DNA of 63,057 bases, filler included, from Mytilus trossulus (lineage: Eukaryota), in NCBI RefSeq assembly GCF_036588685.1. It is 2 parts of one record of this genome, joined end to end, with 100 filler letters (N's around TTAATTAATTAA, not from the genome) between each part and the next. Parts side by side here need not be neighbours in the genome. Positions count along the whole stretch, not along the records: positions 1 to 31,693 come from NC_086383.1; 1 more part is not named here. The stretch is one strand, 5' to 3'. Position 1 is the stretch's first letter. Each line of letters opens with the position of its first letter. The notes beneath the pieces were generated by a model. That model had not been told where the DNA came from, ran no database searches, and worked only from the letters and a program-made list of their open reading frames with translations. Made by a program: the position numbers and the translations under genes. Below, in pieces: positions 11,901 to 24,970 of the stretch.

Positions 11901-14770
11901 AGGCTCCAGCTCTACCCACTTAGTCAAGAGATTTGGTTGGCATGGCAAAAAAATCCTACACAGTTAGCATTTATTGTCGCATTCTGGTCCTCGAGAACTT
12001 TTCAAATAAAAGTTATTGTGCAAAAACATTTTATAAAAGGTGAAGAATAATAAAACGTACGTTTAAAGTTCAAATTCAAGATATTATGTTTTGCATGTTT
12101 TATAAGCCATATTCTGTTTTGACAATCAATAAGTCCAGACATAATTTACTTTTTTTCAAACAAATGCTTCATGCTCAAACTTTTCAATTCGATTTAATGG
12201 ATATATGAGGTTAGATGCATATGATAATTAGTTGACTATCTTGTTACAGGAATGTTACTGGGTGTAGAACTCAAATGGATTAAAATCCTACTTTGAACCG
12301 AATTTGGAGAATATTTGTGACATTTTAACCCCCACTTTTTGAAATATTAATATTATCAAATAGTTGCAAATCGTTATCATGATAACACATAACAGAGATT
12401 GCATTTTAACATTTTAACTGTTAGAAAAAAAATGTATGCAAAGTTATGTTATTCATAAAGATGAACATTAATGACACACACAATAGGCCTTATTTGTCAG
12501 AAATCTAGGGAAAGAGAAATCAAGAAGGTGTTGATTGATTGATTGTTGGTTGCTTAACGTCTAGTGTGTGGAGTGTGTGGAAGAATTATAGCTATATATT
12601 ACTGTCTTAATGCTTTTGATAGGATTCAATTGATGTATAAACAGGAAAATAGGTCAAAGTCAAAGGTCAAAGGTCATGGTCATGCTTTAAATTTTGAACT
12701 GTGATTGCAATTTATCAAAAATCGTAAAAAAACATAAACATAAGGTCTTTGTAAAATAGACATTGATTTAATATATTTGACAATGTAATTGATGTGATTA
12801 TCAAAGTGTTTTATGACTCTCGAGATTTTTAGCTTTCCTGTTAATTTATAGTGGAACCCGTCCATGACAAAATCAAAAGGTCATCCTCTGCCTTATTCTT
12901 AGTCTTACAATACGAATTGATGACTAACGAGAGATTTTTTTTAAATTATTAAATACCCCACCTTAGTGGGAATATACAAACTTCACATGTACATGGGATC
13001 TACATTTTCTAAATTTTTCGGTTTTTAAGAGCTTGCAGCTGTTACTTGGACTTTGTAATACGTAACCAATGTCTGCGCCACAGAGAGTTTATCAACAATG
13101 GGGTATTCAAAAGAATGTCTCGGCCTTTTTTTATAATTTTCGGCTGATACCAGGACCTTGTTTCTTAATATTCCGTTTTGACTTCACAAATTATACATGA
13201 TGGTCTTAAAGTTTGTATTCTAGGTACTGACGTTTGTTATCATCTTAATAACGTGTGATAGAATTCTGTCATTTGTCTTCGTAAATTAACACTACTATCG
13301 TCTACCTTTTGGTAATATTTATTTGACTGTGTTCGGTACTTATACATCATGTCATTGTGTTATTGTGCTTTAGTAATTTTGTATTTTGGCGTTTTTGATA
13401 ATGTGGTGTGTCAATATAACTTTCTTGACATGTTGCTTTTGTTTTATAGTGAGTGCGATTATAAACCGAAATAAAAAAAAACATACAGAACTTTGAAATC
13501 AAAAGCCCAGACACATTAAACCAATGAATAACAACTGTCATATTCTTGACTTGCTACAAACATCTTCTTGAAAAATGTAGATTAGCCCTGCTGTTACAGA
13601 TAGCTAAAACTCCCATTAGTATAATATCGTTTTAATTCCATTATATTGACAATAATGATTGAACAAATGAAACAGACATAAGAGGTAAAAATGTAAAAAA
13701 AAAAAATAAGGAGTACAGATGTCAACGTGGTGTTATAATCTTAATGGCAATAATAGAAAAAAAGGATGAAATATAGACAATTCTCATAATCAAAATTGAA
13801 AGACAAGCACACAAAAGATAATCACAAAACAATAAAAACATTGGCTGAATGCATAAGTCTATGTATCGAAAAGTAATATTTTTTTGAACTGAATATAATT
13901 TTGCTCACTTTGTCAAATTAGGCGTCTTCGAGAATAATCTAGAATCAAAATCCGAACCGAGAACTCAAATTCATTGAAGCAGGTATACCAAATAAAACAC
14001 ACAGCTTTTTCTCAATATCATCAAACAACCTCAACATGCTCAATGAACGTCTTAATACCAACAAGAATCGCAAATACAACATTTTTATTATGCCATTTTT
14101 ATACTGGTATTCTGTAGATTCTTTAATATTCCTTTGCAATTTCAATCAAATATTTATATACAATGTTTGTTTACTTAACTTGATTCTAAAAAAAATAAGG
14201 GTTTACGGATTAATTCACAATTGAACATGTATTTTAACAGTCAGTTGTAAATCATATAAGAACCAAATGTGCTCCAAACCTCTTTACTCTCTTATTTCTT
14301 TATGTAAAACCTAATATCAGTAGCAAGCATAATCTTCAAACTTCATGTTTCTGTATTCAAATTTGTTTTATCCATCAATATATACATCGACTATGTTTAT
14401 ATCATCTCTCCTATTGAATATTAAACATGGGATACGTAAGATTCAAGAAGATTGCTGTACGTAGTTATCTTGATTTTTGAAAGGATCGATTTACGCAATT
14501 TCTTGCGAGTTCTGAAAGTTCACTGTTCTCATATTAATAATTCATTAAAAATATATGTAGATAAACGTGATTATCTTCAACAAGTTAATTCAATTAATAA
14601 CAAAATCTGCAAACAGAAATAAGTATAACAGTACTAAATTTGAATTAAATCCTTACAGACATTAGTTTTCACAGAGTTTAAATGTAATCCATTTGTTTCT
14701 TTTATACTAACAATCTACAAATTAATATGCATTTAAGATATTTGGAATTATTTAAACGTCTCACTTTTAG

Positions 14771-15361
14771 GCAAACATTTTACAAGGCTTACCGAAGACG
14801 TATCATGAAGAGATTGAAGAATTCATGCAACGCCAAGCAGATCATACTTTTTATATAAAAGAATATTGTATTGATAGCGATAAAATGATTCAGAAATGGC
14901 AAACTATTTTTGGTGACGAAGGATATCATTTGTTGTCCAAAAACTGTTCAACTGTCATTATAGATGTTCTTAATTCTGGAATTTTGTGCACGAAGTTTCG
15001 TCCACAACCAGGACTAACAGATGTGTTCACCCCGAACGACGTAAAGAAATATGGTCAGAAACTGCAAACCCTAACCACAAGACAAGAAAAGAAAACATGG
15101 ACAAGTTGTTTGAAAGACAGATTATCACCGTTTACTCATCGCTACAAATATGGATGTAATTGCAATTGCCTTTTTGAAGAAGGATTATGCTACGATAGAA
15201 CATTATGTTGTTACTTTAAATGTTGCATGTTTTTTGCTTGTGTATGTCTATGTAGCAAAATGATGTCCCTTTACGATTATTTATATAGTAAAGTGACTTC
15301 TTGTTGTCAATGTAATATTTCAGTAAAGCAAGACAAATATGAAGACATATATGACGTATGA
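14771..15361 (+). CDS. Terminal coding exon of permuted papain-fold (PPPDE/LRAT-like) protein with Cys-rich tail, paralogue A
   Basis: Acceptor cttttag|GCA at 14770/14771, in frame with ORF 14825. Contains YHLLSKNCS (putative catalytic Cys), FTPNDVKKYG and a Cys-rich C-terminus. Colinear with 40985-41560. The first coding exon was not found in the window. Confidence 0.85.
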   Translation, partial: ANILQGLPKTYHEEIEEFMQRQADHTFYIKEYCIDSDKMIQKWQTIFGDEGYHLLSKNCSTVIIDVLNSGILCTKFRPQPGLTDVFTPNDVKKYGQKLQTLTTRQEKKTWTSCLKDRLSPFTHRYKYGCNCNCLFEEGLCYDRTLCCYFKCCMFFACVCLCSKMMSLYDYLYSKVTSCCQCNISVKQDKYEDIYDV

Positions 15362-15492
15362 TTTTGAAGGGAATTTTGATTTTTTTTTAAAATTGTCAAA
15401 TCATTTGTTTGTCAATTTTAAGGGGAAGGAAGTAGCAGTTGTATAACTAATAAGATGTGTATGTGTTTAACTATAGTATTATTGTATGGAAT

Positions 15493-15566
15493 TTTTCATA
15501 GTGTCCCTGTAACATGCCCGAGGTCATTATTATTACCAAGGGCATGTAACAGGGCCAATATGAAAA
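15493..15566. repeat. Imperfect 27-bp inverted repeat (hairpin), probable terminus of the Crypton element
   Basis: ttttcatagtgtccctgtaacatgccc … gggcatgtaacagggccaatatgaaaa. Confidence 0.6.
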
Positions 15567-16094
15567 AGTCAATTTTGGATACATTTATTAACCAACGTCA
15601 TTCGAGAACAGCCAGAGTTCATAATCAATATTAAGATTATATGTATCAGGGCCATTATGGACACAAGCACTTCAATGCCTCTGTTGACAAATTGTATAAT
15701 AGTTATGTGTTTGTTCATGAAACATGGCATTATTTTTTAGATGGAATTGGTTTTTGTGTGTGTGTGTGTGCACTAGTACTTTAGCTTTCAATTTTATTTT
15801 TGAGAACTGAAAAAGATCATTTATCAATAATTATTTTGTTTTGACTGTTAATGGTTGTCTACATACATATTAAAGGTGTGATAAAGGCTTTTGCAACCAT
15901 GCTGATATCGATATCATCACGGATGGTTAATACAGCACGCTTGTCAATGATTGTATTACACATACATTTTATCTGTATTTACTACAAAGCTGTTTTCAGG
16001 TTCATTTACTACTATATCTGGGTCAAAACTGTGTTCAGGTTTATTCATTAAGTTAAAAGCGTCCATTTTATTTGAGCTTTCTGTAATGGGGATC

Positions 16095-19000
16095 TCAGAT
16101 AAGATTTAAGATGCTTTACTTTGCTGTTTACTGGAGGGAATGTTATAGTGTGTTAGTGTGAAAATACTTTTCCAGCCTCCCAATTGAGTTACTTCTGTTA
16201 CTGGACGCTCAGATTGAAGCACGGTAGTGTCAAATGTTTTCCGCATCGAATGATTCACCTTTCTTTTTACTTTCTAAAGTTCAGCAGTCAATGTCATTGT
16301 TTTCATCATCATACCTAGCTTGTTCTTCCCTAAATGCTGACGACAGTCCCAAACACCATCTTTATTAAGGTTAGGCAAGGACCGTAGATAAAATCTTGAG
16401 TGTGGGTCAGTCCTCTTCTGGGCGTTTTGAAACATACTACTTAAACAATTCAACTAGACAATAGTTTTTTTGGTGTGACTTCTCTGACATCTCCTGATTT
16501 AACCCCAGTTCTTGTTTTCGTGGTGCGTTCTAAAATATAAATAAGCGAAGTTATTTATCGACATGTAGAGTTAAGGGTAGCTATTAAAGTGTTGTAAAGT
16601 GATTTTTTTAAGAATAAATCTAGATTACAGTTGAATTGCATTTAAGAAACAATTTAATTTTGTGTTTACTGTTTGCACTAATTTTGTATCTACAACAAGG
16701 AAAATTAATACTAATAAATGACACTCGGGTCCTAAAAAACAACCCAATTTTTTCGCAAATACTTATTTGTGACTCTAATAAATGATCTTGTGTTATACCA
16801 ATCTAATGTTGTTGACAGTGTTAATATGTTATGTTTTGTGTTTTTATCTGTAGTAGTAATTTTGTAAAATAGAAATTTGATGTTGAATTGAGTTGTTTTA
16901 ACTCATTTGTTAGAATGCTGTCTTTGATACATTCACCACTGACCAGGTTGCTGTTTTTGACATATTTACCATTTCGGAACAGTATAAAAAAATCATATTA
17001 ACATTGTAAAATGAATCTTAATGAGAAAAATATTTATGAAAATCAATTATGATATTTGATTTAAATTATCATGATCATCATTAATTTACTGCATGTTCCT
17101 TTCAAATAACATATTTTTCTTTATTTGTCTTTTCTTATGGGATAAAAGTCTATAATACGTAGAACGTAATTAAACATGCCATACAATTCAACATACTCTG
17201 TCCCAGAACCATCTTTAACAAACTTTAAATCTCCTAATCTTAAGTTTGTGTGTTCTTAGATAGATATAGGAAGATGTGGTGTGAGTGCCAATGAGACAAC
17301 TCTCCATCCAAATAACAATTTAAAAATTAAACCATTATAGATTAAAGTACGGCTTCCTCTGAAGCCATAATGAACTCCATTATTGAGCCACACTGTGTTG
17401 AGGAATGCATTTGGATTGGCTAGAAAGAAAGAAAATCATGAGCATTTAAGTTTGAAATATTCATGTTCCCATTTCACTTAAATATATTTTCATGTTTGAT
17501 GGTTTAGAGGATACTCCTACACATCAAATAATTTACTGGCATATTATTGAATTTTTCCAATTCCTAGAACTGGTAGTAGTGTAAAGTATACTGGGACGCT
17601 TTAAAGTTAATCACACACAAATTTATTAAGAAATGCAGGCATGACACAACTTATCCTTACTGGTGTAGGACTGGAACAAAAGGAGTAGGTCCAGCAGGAA
17701 CCCTTTTTAGTCCAAAAATATAGCAGTTTTACAAAATTGTAAAAATATAATCATTTAGTTATTTATTGGACAGTAGAATGCTTCTGCTACATAAATTTTA
17801 GCTGATTTTGAAAATACAATGCACTTGTATCGGGTACTAGCACCATTAAGTCATGCTAAATTACGGAAATCTTCAAAATTCTAGCATTTTAGTTAAATTT
17901 TAGCCGGTTTCGTGTTAAACGAAAGTGGCCGCATTCGTGTTCCTCCTTAATATTTTTTGATAATACATAACATAAATAAAAGTTGAGGATGAACACGGAT
18001 GTAGCTATTTTCATTGTTGACAGAAACCATCTGAAAAATGACATTTGTCGGCATATTTGGTAGATTTTTCATATTTCAGCTTGAATCGATGCATTTTTTA
18101 TGACTAAATCAGTTAAAATCTTTCACATAAACTAATTGATTCAAATAAAATAGACACTATAGTGTTAAAAAAGTGGTCAAAACACTTTCGTCAGATGAAC
18201 ATGTAATTTGAGGCCATAATCGGTCCTTACCGGACCTTCTCCTTTGTGAAGTTGTGAACCTTTAAGTCTCAATATTAATACTAAACATACATTTACCTGC
18301 ACTTCGAACTTTTTTTTAATACATTTTCTGTATTTCATCAGAGTCCAATGGTTCAGCCCTATTTGGGTTTTTTTCCTTTTCCCTGAGATTTTTTTTATCT
18401 TTTCTGTTAGCTTCTGAAACTCTCTTAGAGTGGTTAAATGCTTCATGTTATTTTTAATTTCAACATTTATCTTCAAGTCTTTTAGGTGGCGATGTTCTGA
18501 ACTCCTGACAATGTATCAGGTTCATATTCTTATCCGTCACGTTGTTGTACACCTGCAATTTACAATCATTTAAATAGATATCAAATCAGTTAACTGGAGC
18601 AAAACCTCTCTACATGCACATGATGAATAATTTTGATTATGAATTATAATTGAAATTAATCAAATTATATAATTATGTTTTTAACGGTTAGCCTGATGTC
18701 AACATGGTCAATTGGTATACACATTTTACAAGCTCATTTAATGATTTATGAGTTACAAAAGAAGTTTACAGGATTGTTGTTATATATAATTATATTATGA
18801 GAATAGGAATGCCCTGTATTGTCTGTTTTTATAATAACGTTGACTTGAACAATATTTATTTACGTCCTTTGACAAATTGTAAGTATCAAAAGGAGTTAAC
18901 TTTATTGTAACACATATGTTACCGAATACTGTCATTCGTCATGTAGAGTGCCTCATTCTTACCCTTAGGCTTTACACTGTTACATGTGCCACTTATTTTT

Positions 19001-19540
19001 TTATCACTTGATATACAATGTGGAGCATAGATATTCAGTTCATACTGTAGCAAACAAAAAACAAAAATTGCATGTATTTTTCATTAAATTATAAACTCAA
19101 CTCCATGCATATGTTCAATTGTTGTATTTTTGTATATAAGATTAAATTATGTGCAAACGTACCTAGATAAAATCTTGCCAACAGCCCGTCCAACTCTGGA
19201 AATGGTATGTCTTCAACCATCCTCATCTCACCATATGAAAGAGTACACTAATAAAACATTTTCAATCGGATTTAGTTTTGGTGTGAGTGTTTGCATTTCT
19301 GTTATCAAGAATAAATTGTTTAGTGTCACTAGTCATGCCAGCTTTATATCTATTCTGTAGAAAACTATCATCATTCACCTCTTTTGAATTATTTTGGAGC
19401 AGATCTTCAGGGTTTTGTATGGCGGCATCACTTTGCTCAAAATTGACCAAAGGCACAGAGTCAACATGGTAAAGGGGCACCGCCTCAAGAATAACATATC
19501 TACCGACAAGAGCGCTTGCTAATGCCAAAAAACTCATAAA
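16095..19540 (-). mobile_element. Degenerate intron-containing Crypton (DUF3504 tyrosine recombinase) element
   Basis: Four exons joined in phase 1. ~19540-19163: NTHTKTKSD…IPFPELDGLLARFYL. 18552-18297: VQQRDG*EYEPDTL…GKGKKPNRAEPL. 17419-17180: NPNAFLNTVWLNNGVHYGFRG…EH…LGDL…EYVE. 16529-~16095: ERTTKTRTG…KRP…FYL…LGKNKL…NHSMRKT…QLGGWKS…HY…QQ. Stops and frameshifts present. Confidence 0.9.
17681..18243. mobile_element. Non-autonomous TIR element (Kolobok-like MITE), copy 1, inside a Crypton intron
   Basis: Termini aggagtaggtcc… / …ggaccttctcct. Second copy at 31823-32408. Confidence 0.75.
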
Positions 19541-20261
19541 AAAGAAGATAATATGTAGTATGATTGCCAATGAGACAACTATCTCCAGAAGACCAAAATG
19601 AGGCCGACATTATCAACTATAGGTCACCGTACGGCCTTCAATGTGCAAAGCCCATACCACATAGTCAGCTACAAAAGGCCACGATAAGACAATGTAAAAC
19701 AATTCAAACGAGAAAACTAACGGTCTTATTCAGGTAAAAAAATGAACGAAAAAAAAGAGGAACACATAAATAAACAAACGACAACCACTGAATGTACAGG
19801 TCTTCTCTATTACTTAAGTGTTCATAGCGGTCTATGTCATTCACAAGAACTTCAAGCATATCTTCACCGTTTTTCGCAAATCTCTTTGAAACTTTCTTCG
19901 GACTGCTTCACGACAAACCTTCATATTCCATTTTCACGGTAGTCTGCTCAAACAAATACACAGAATTAAAGGTGTATTTACAAATATTAAACACAACTTT
20001 CATTTTGTTGATTCTCAACCCTCATAAAATTAAAAAAAAACGTTGTCACCTATTTAAGGAAATGAAAGACATTTCTATTTAATCGATGTCCTGTTTAATC
20101 TTTTCTTAATGAATGGCTGTGATTTCGTAATGTACGGTTGTGATTTCGTAATGCATGACTGAGATTTTGTAGTAACTGGCTGTAGCAATTTCTCTATTCA
20201 TAATGACCAGTTGTCGAAATTTTCTTTGTATAAAGCATGTGCATTTCTATACATATAGTAG

Positions 20262-20620
20262 TAATAAAACTGACTCTCACAAAAAAGTACAGTGTTGCTG
20301 AAAATGGTGTTAAACACCAATTAATCAATCATTAATCTACCAAGGTCCAAAAATCTTACATCATATAAGAAAAAGTAAGCAAAGATGTATTATTTTTAGG
20401 GGCATTATGGTCGAGTGTTTTAAGTAGTCGACATACTCTAACACTTCCTGTTGACATAGGTTGTAAGTTGGAATCCTGCACGTTGCATGTTCATTCGACT
20501 CTAATCTAAATTGACTTTAGTTGTCAGTTATATGCATTACTGCGATTTGTTTGAATTATATACACGATATTACTTTAATATTCGACGTTAAGCTACCAAC
20601 CAACAATTTATCAATCTATC
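20262..20620 (+). mobile_element. Degenerate tRNA-derived SINE remnants (3' tail followed by a second decayed copy)
   Basis: Tail …ggtgttaaacaccaattaatcaatc. A-box-like tggtcgagtg and B-box-like gttggaatcc. Second tail gacgttaagctaccaaccaacaat. Confidence 0.5.
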
Positions 20621-22489
20621 AATATATAGAAAGGGAATAAGAACAGTAAAACATTAACAAAGCGAATTTATTCAAAATTTCATCGACAAACTCACAATTG
20701 ACGATTAAATTGAGAAGGCAAATGGAGAGTTGTCACAGATCGAATAACCCGACCAAAAGAAATGAAAACAGCCAAAGGCCATCATTGAGTTCTTCACAGC
20801 TAGTATGATGGCTAAAACTAAATTTGTTAACTTTTATGAATTGTAACTTGGATTGAGAGTTGTCTCATTGTTATTTATAACTCATCTTCTCATATCTTTA
20901 TAATTATATACAAATAATTATATAAATAATGTATTCTAGTTTCATTATGTCCTAAAAAAACCAACTTTTGGTTCTGCTCAATTTTGTCCCCTATGTTGCG
21001 AATCTGATATCGATTTTCTTTGTCGAGTAAAACAAGTGTTAATACCAAAACAATTACGCGTTAAAGAGCAATGAAGGGAAACAGTTCCGAAAATTTTATA
21101 TTATGCATATACGTTCTTGATACATAAAGCGTTTAGTTGTTTATCAGTGCTATATATAATTTCGACAATAATGAGTTCAAAAGAATACAGTATTACTGTC
21201 AAAAGACCGATGGAGTGCAATTTGAAGAAGTGTATGTTGCTATTTAACATGCAATTTAGATTGAAACAAAACAACTCGAATTGCTAAAGCTTACTAATGG
21301 TGTTCGGGAAATGGAACTGTTAATTGCATATGTTACACGTGAAATGAAGGTTGTTTATCTGTATATATATATTTATATGATAACTTGTCAGATATTTCCC
21401 CTTCTTAACTTGTAATTATACCGATATACATCATGAATTGCATTGGAGAGTTTGAGATACGATTCATCTTGCAAGGCGATTCAATAGCTTATGAAAATTC
21501 GTAATTAACAATGATTAACATTGAGTTATAGACGACCATACGGACTGGTAGTCCCTTTTTAGTTCTTCTATAAAGTACGTCTATTATGGAACTAGAAGAA
21601 ATATTTGTGAATAACAAATTACAGAGATCGTGATCACGGATTAAGATGGCTATAAAAAAAATATAAAAATCGATACAAAATTTATTATAAGTAATCACTG
21701 ATTTCATTCGTCACAACACCTATTTTTAAACAAGTTATCACAGATGTTTTTAATTCGAGATAATAAGTTAAATTCCTAAATGAATAGTGATCACAAGTTT
21801 TAAAATTGTGCATCCACTCATCTTATCATATCCGTGATTATCAAAGTATTCTGTCATCTTTAATCATGTTGTTGATTTAATTCTTTAGTATATATTGTTG
21901 TTATGTGTCAGGATAATTTTTCTATTTCATGATAAAGAAATTAATAGTTTATCACAACTCAAAGCATTTTTATGATCGATATCACGAATAGTGAGGATTT
22001 AATTTTTAAAATCTATTATTAAACATTTTTAAGACGAATTTCGTGATAACACACTTGTATGAAATAAGTGATTACAATTAAAATTATTAAGGCCGAACTT
22101 GTTGAAAAATTAGCGATTTCGAATTCAAAATATGTCTTTGATGACCTACTGGGCCTCAGTATTACTTACATATGTGACTGTCAATAATTATTATCTACTC
22201 TACTTTGTAGGTATGTTATGTATGTAATATTGATAGCTTCAATCATAGATAAAAAGGCAAAAAAATGTTCATACAATAGTACAGGCTATTGACATGATGA
22301 TTAATGTTAACATAAGGTTAACTACTTGGGGTTTCTGGTGGTTTTTTTGTGGGTTTTTTTGGGGTGTTTTTTTATGTTTTTTTAATTGTATTTTTTATCG
22401 AAACTCAAAACTTAGACATTTAGCATCACAGAAGAGACATTATTTGTTAAAATGCGAATCGTGTACATGAATATTGTCACAGTTAATTC

Positions 22490-22870
22490 AATCACCTCTA
22501 CTTGGTCGGTACCTCTGCTGGTATCACCAGTCCAGGATCATGTACTTCAGTACTGACAAGAAAATACGTACATTGTTAAATTAGAATTTGCTGGCATAAA
22601 ACTTTATGCAAAGCCAGAATTTTTTATCAAAATTGGCTACATTTTAGGCATTCTTTGTTTTTATAAGGTTTTGGATTTTCAAATATTTGAGCTAAGAGAA
22701 TCGATGAAGTGCACAGCTGGTGCATACACATTTGTGCCGTTAATGTTTTAACTACCACTTTGTCGATACTTCTAGTCGTCTCCAAGGATATCAGTAGCAC
22801 AGAAGCCAGTATTTCGGTACTAGTAAGAAAGTACGTATATTATCATATTTAGAGTTGCTATTTTGCTCAA
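22490..22870 (+). repeat. Highly decayed copies related to the 55-kb retrozyme repeat
   Basis: ggtcggtacctctgctggt…cttcagtactgaca and gtcgatacttct…atttcggtact resemble the monomer at 55160-55240. No intact hammerhead core. Confidence 0.55.
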
Positions 22871-23446
22871 GAGTTATAAATGATCTAATATTGTTTTTAC
22901 TTCTAGGAGAAACATTTGGAACATATTAAGGTCATTAAACCAAGGAATGTTGTTTCAAACTTTCACATAGCATAATCTTATTTTCGTAAGAAATCTATCA
23001 CTGAAACAATTTTCTAAAAATTACTACGTTCAACATGCTCAAAGACCACAGAAAATTAATCAAAGTGGAAATTGAAAAACAAATTAACACTATATGAAGT
23101 ATAAATACACAGTCAAGATTTTTGCCACTAGTGAATTTATTCAAATATGAACGTTTTTGGACAATAAAATAGATTTTTACATAAATGAAGGCTACTATAT
23201 CATTCAACGTGAATTCATATGAATTCCATTTTGTTTATCTATAATCTTTTTTGTTGTTGTTTTTAAGTTTTCTAATTTTTACCCAACGTGCCTCATACCT
23301 GTCCATTTCATTTTATCGAAAAATAAGATGCCATTATTTATTATTAAATTTTATATCTAAAGGTATTTTTCTCAGGCTTAACTTTTTTTCGAAATATTCT
23401 TGACATTATTTGTCCCCTCACCCGCAGAGTCAATAGGGATTACTAT

Positions 23447-24970
23447 AAAAAGTAAAATCACAAAAATACTGAACTCAGAGGAAAATCAATACGGAAAGTC
23501 CATAATCACATGGCAAAATCAAATAACAAAACGCATCAAAAACGAATAGACAAGAACTGTCATATTCCTGACTTGGTACAGGCATTTTCAAATGTAGAAA
23601 ATGGTGGATTAAACCTGGTTCTATAGCGCTAACCCTCTCTCTTTTATAACAGTCTCATCAAATTCCGTTATATTTACATGATGCGTTTAATAAACAGTCA
23701 CAATTAATAAAATAGTCAAAATATGGGTACATCAGTCTTCATCGCATACCAATTTTAAAAGGGACAATTTAACAGAACACAAAAACATCTATCTACGAAC
23801 ACATTGATTGACTTGAGTGTCTGACGTCATAAAATTTGTATTATTTGAGAAGTTGATACGGAATATTTATCAACAAGGTCTTGGTACCTTCCGATGAACT
23901 TTTTTAGAAAAAGGACGAGACGTTCTTTGACATACCCCTGGTTCATCAACTTTCTACTCAGACACTGATGACGTTTTACAAAGTCTGAGTATGAGCTGCA
24001 AGCTCTTGAATATCGAATAAGTTGGGAAATATATATCCCATATGCAGGTGAAGTTGGTATGTTGCTATTAAGGTGGGGGAAATTTATAATTTCAAAATTA
24101 AAATCGTCTCGTTTGTCATAGCTTCTGGTACTGAGATGACTGTGTAAGTCCAATTCGAGATATAAGTCTAAAAATGAGGCGGAGGAAGCGGTGTCTGTTG
24201 TTTCTTTAATCTCTAGTTCTCGGGGATATATCAATGGAACCCAATCTGAAAAGTTCGGATTGTTTATGGAAAGAACTTCATCAATATATCTGAAAGTGAA
24301 ATTAAATAATCTGGCTTCTTTGATCCTCTTGTTTTTGACAAGTGTCTGGAGGAACTCCGATTCATATGAAAATAAGAAGAGGACGGCAAGAAGAGGCGCA
24401 CAGTTTGTTCCCATAGGAATGCCGACAATTTGATGGAAAAGTCTACCTCCAAACTCAACAAATAAGTTGTCGATTCGAAACTCCAGCATACTGACCACTT
24501 GTTCTTCTATGTAGCATATTTTACCTTTTTGTTTGTCACTATTAACGAAATACGCATTTTAAAATCCCAAAGTAATAAATTTATAGCGTATGCTACCATT
24601 TTTATGTTGAAAGGCATTTAGGATAATTTCTTTTAGTCGATTTTTCAATTTTACATGGGGAATGGTGGTATACAGGGTTGAAAAATCAAAAGTTTTGATG
24701 GAACATATTTCAGAAAAAGACCGAGATTTAAAATTGTCTATAAGTTCTTTAGAATTTTTAAGAATCCACATATGGTTAATACCACTACGCGAGTAAACAG
24801 TTTCACAGTATTTCTGAAGACCCTCTTTCACTTCGAACAGATTCTTAGTCAATCTAATGGACAATAATTCTTTAGTGGAACATGAAGATGAACCAGCAAT
24901 ATACCGTTGTGTGTACGGTATTTTATGAAGTTTTGGTATCCAACACAAACAAGGTAAGTCCTCCGATATT
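23447..24970 (-). mobile_element. Naiad-type Penelope-like retroelement, RT domain and 3' UTR (5'-truncated, inactivated)
   Basis: CWIPKLHKIPYTQRYIAGS…KTFDFSTLYTTIPH, GIPMGTNCAPLLA, FRYIDE (catalytic DD changed to DE), YDKRDDFNF…SQLIRYSRAC. The two ORFs share a frame and are split by one TAA at 24559-24561. No C-terminal GIY-YIG domain follows. Confidence 0.88.

Noticed and set aside
13940-14420. Possible decayed coding sequence, or the missing first exon of paralogue A
   Set aside because: No GH/YISWWP motif, no sustained frame and no recognisable family.
19262-19570. ORF resembling a secreted peptide precursor (hydrophobic N-terminus)
   Set aside because: The start derives from an interspersed repeat end, and the C-terminal part is the frameshifted first exon of the Crypton recombinase.
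24559-24561. Selenocysteine read-through in the Penelope-like RT
   Set aside because: The interrupting stop is TAA, not TGA.
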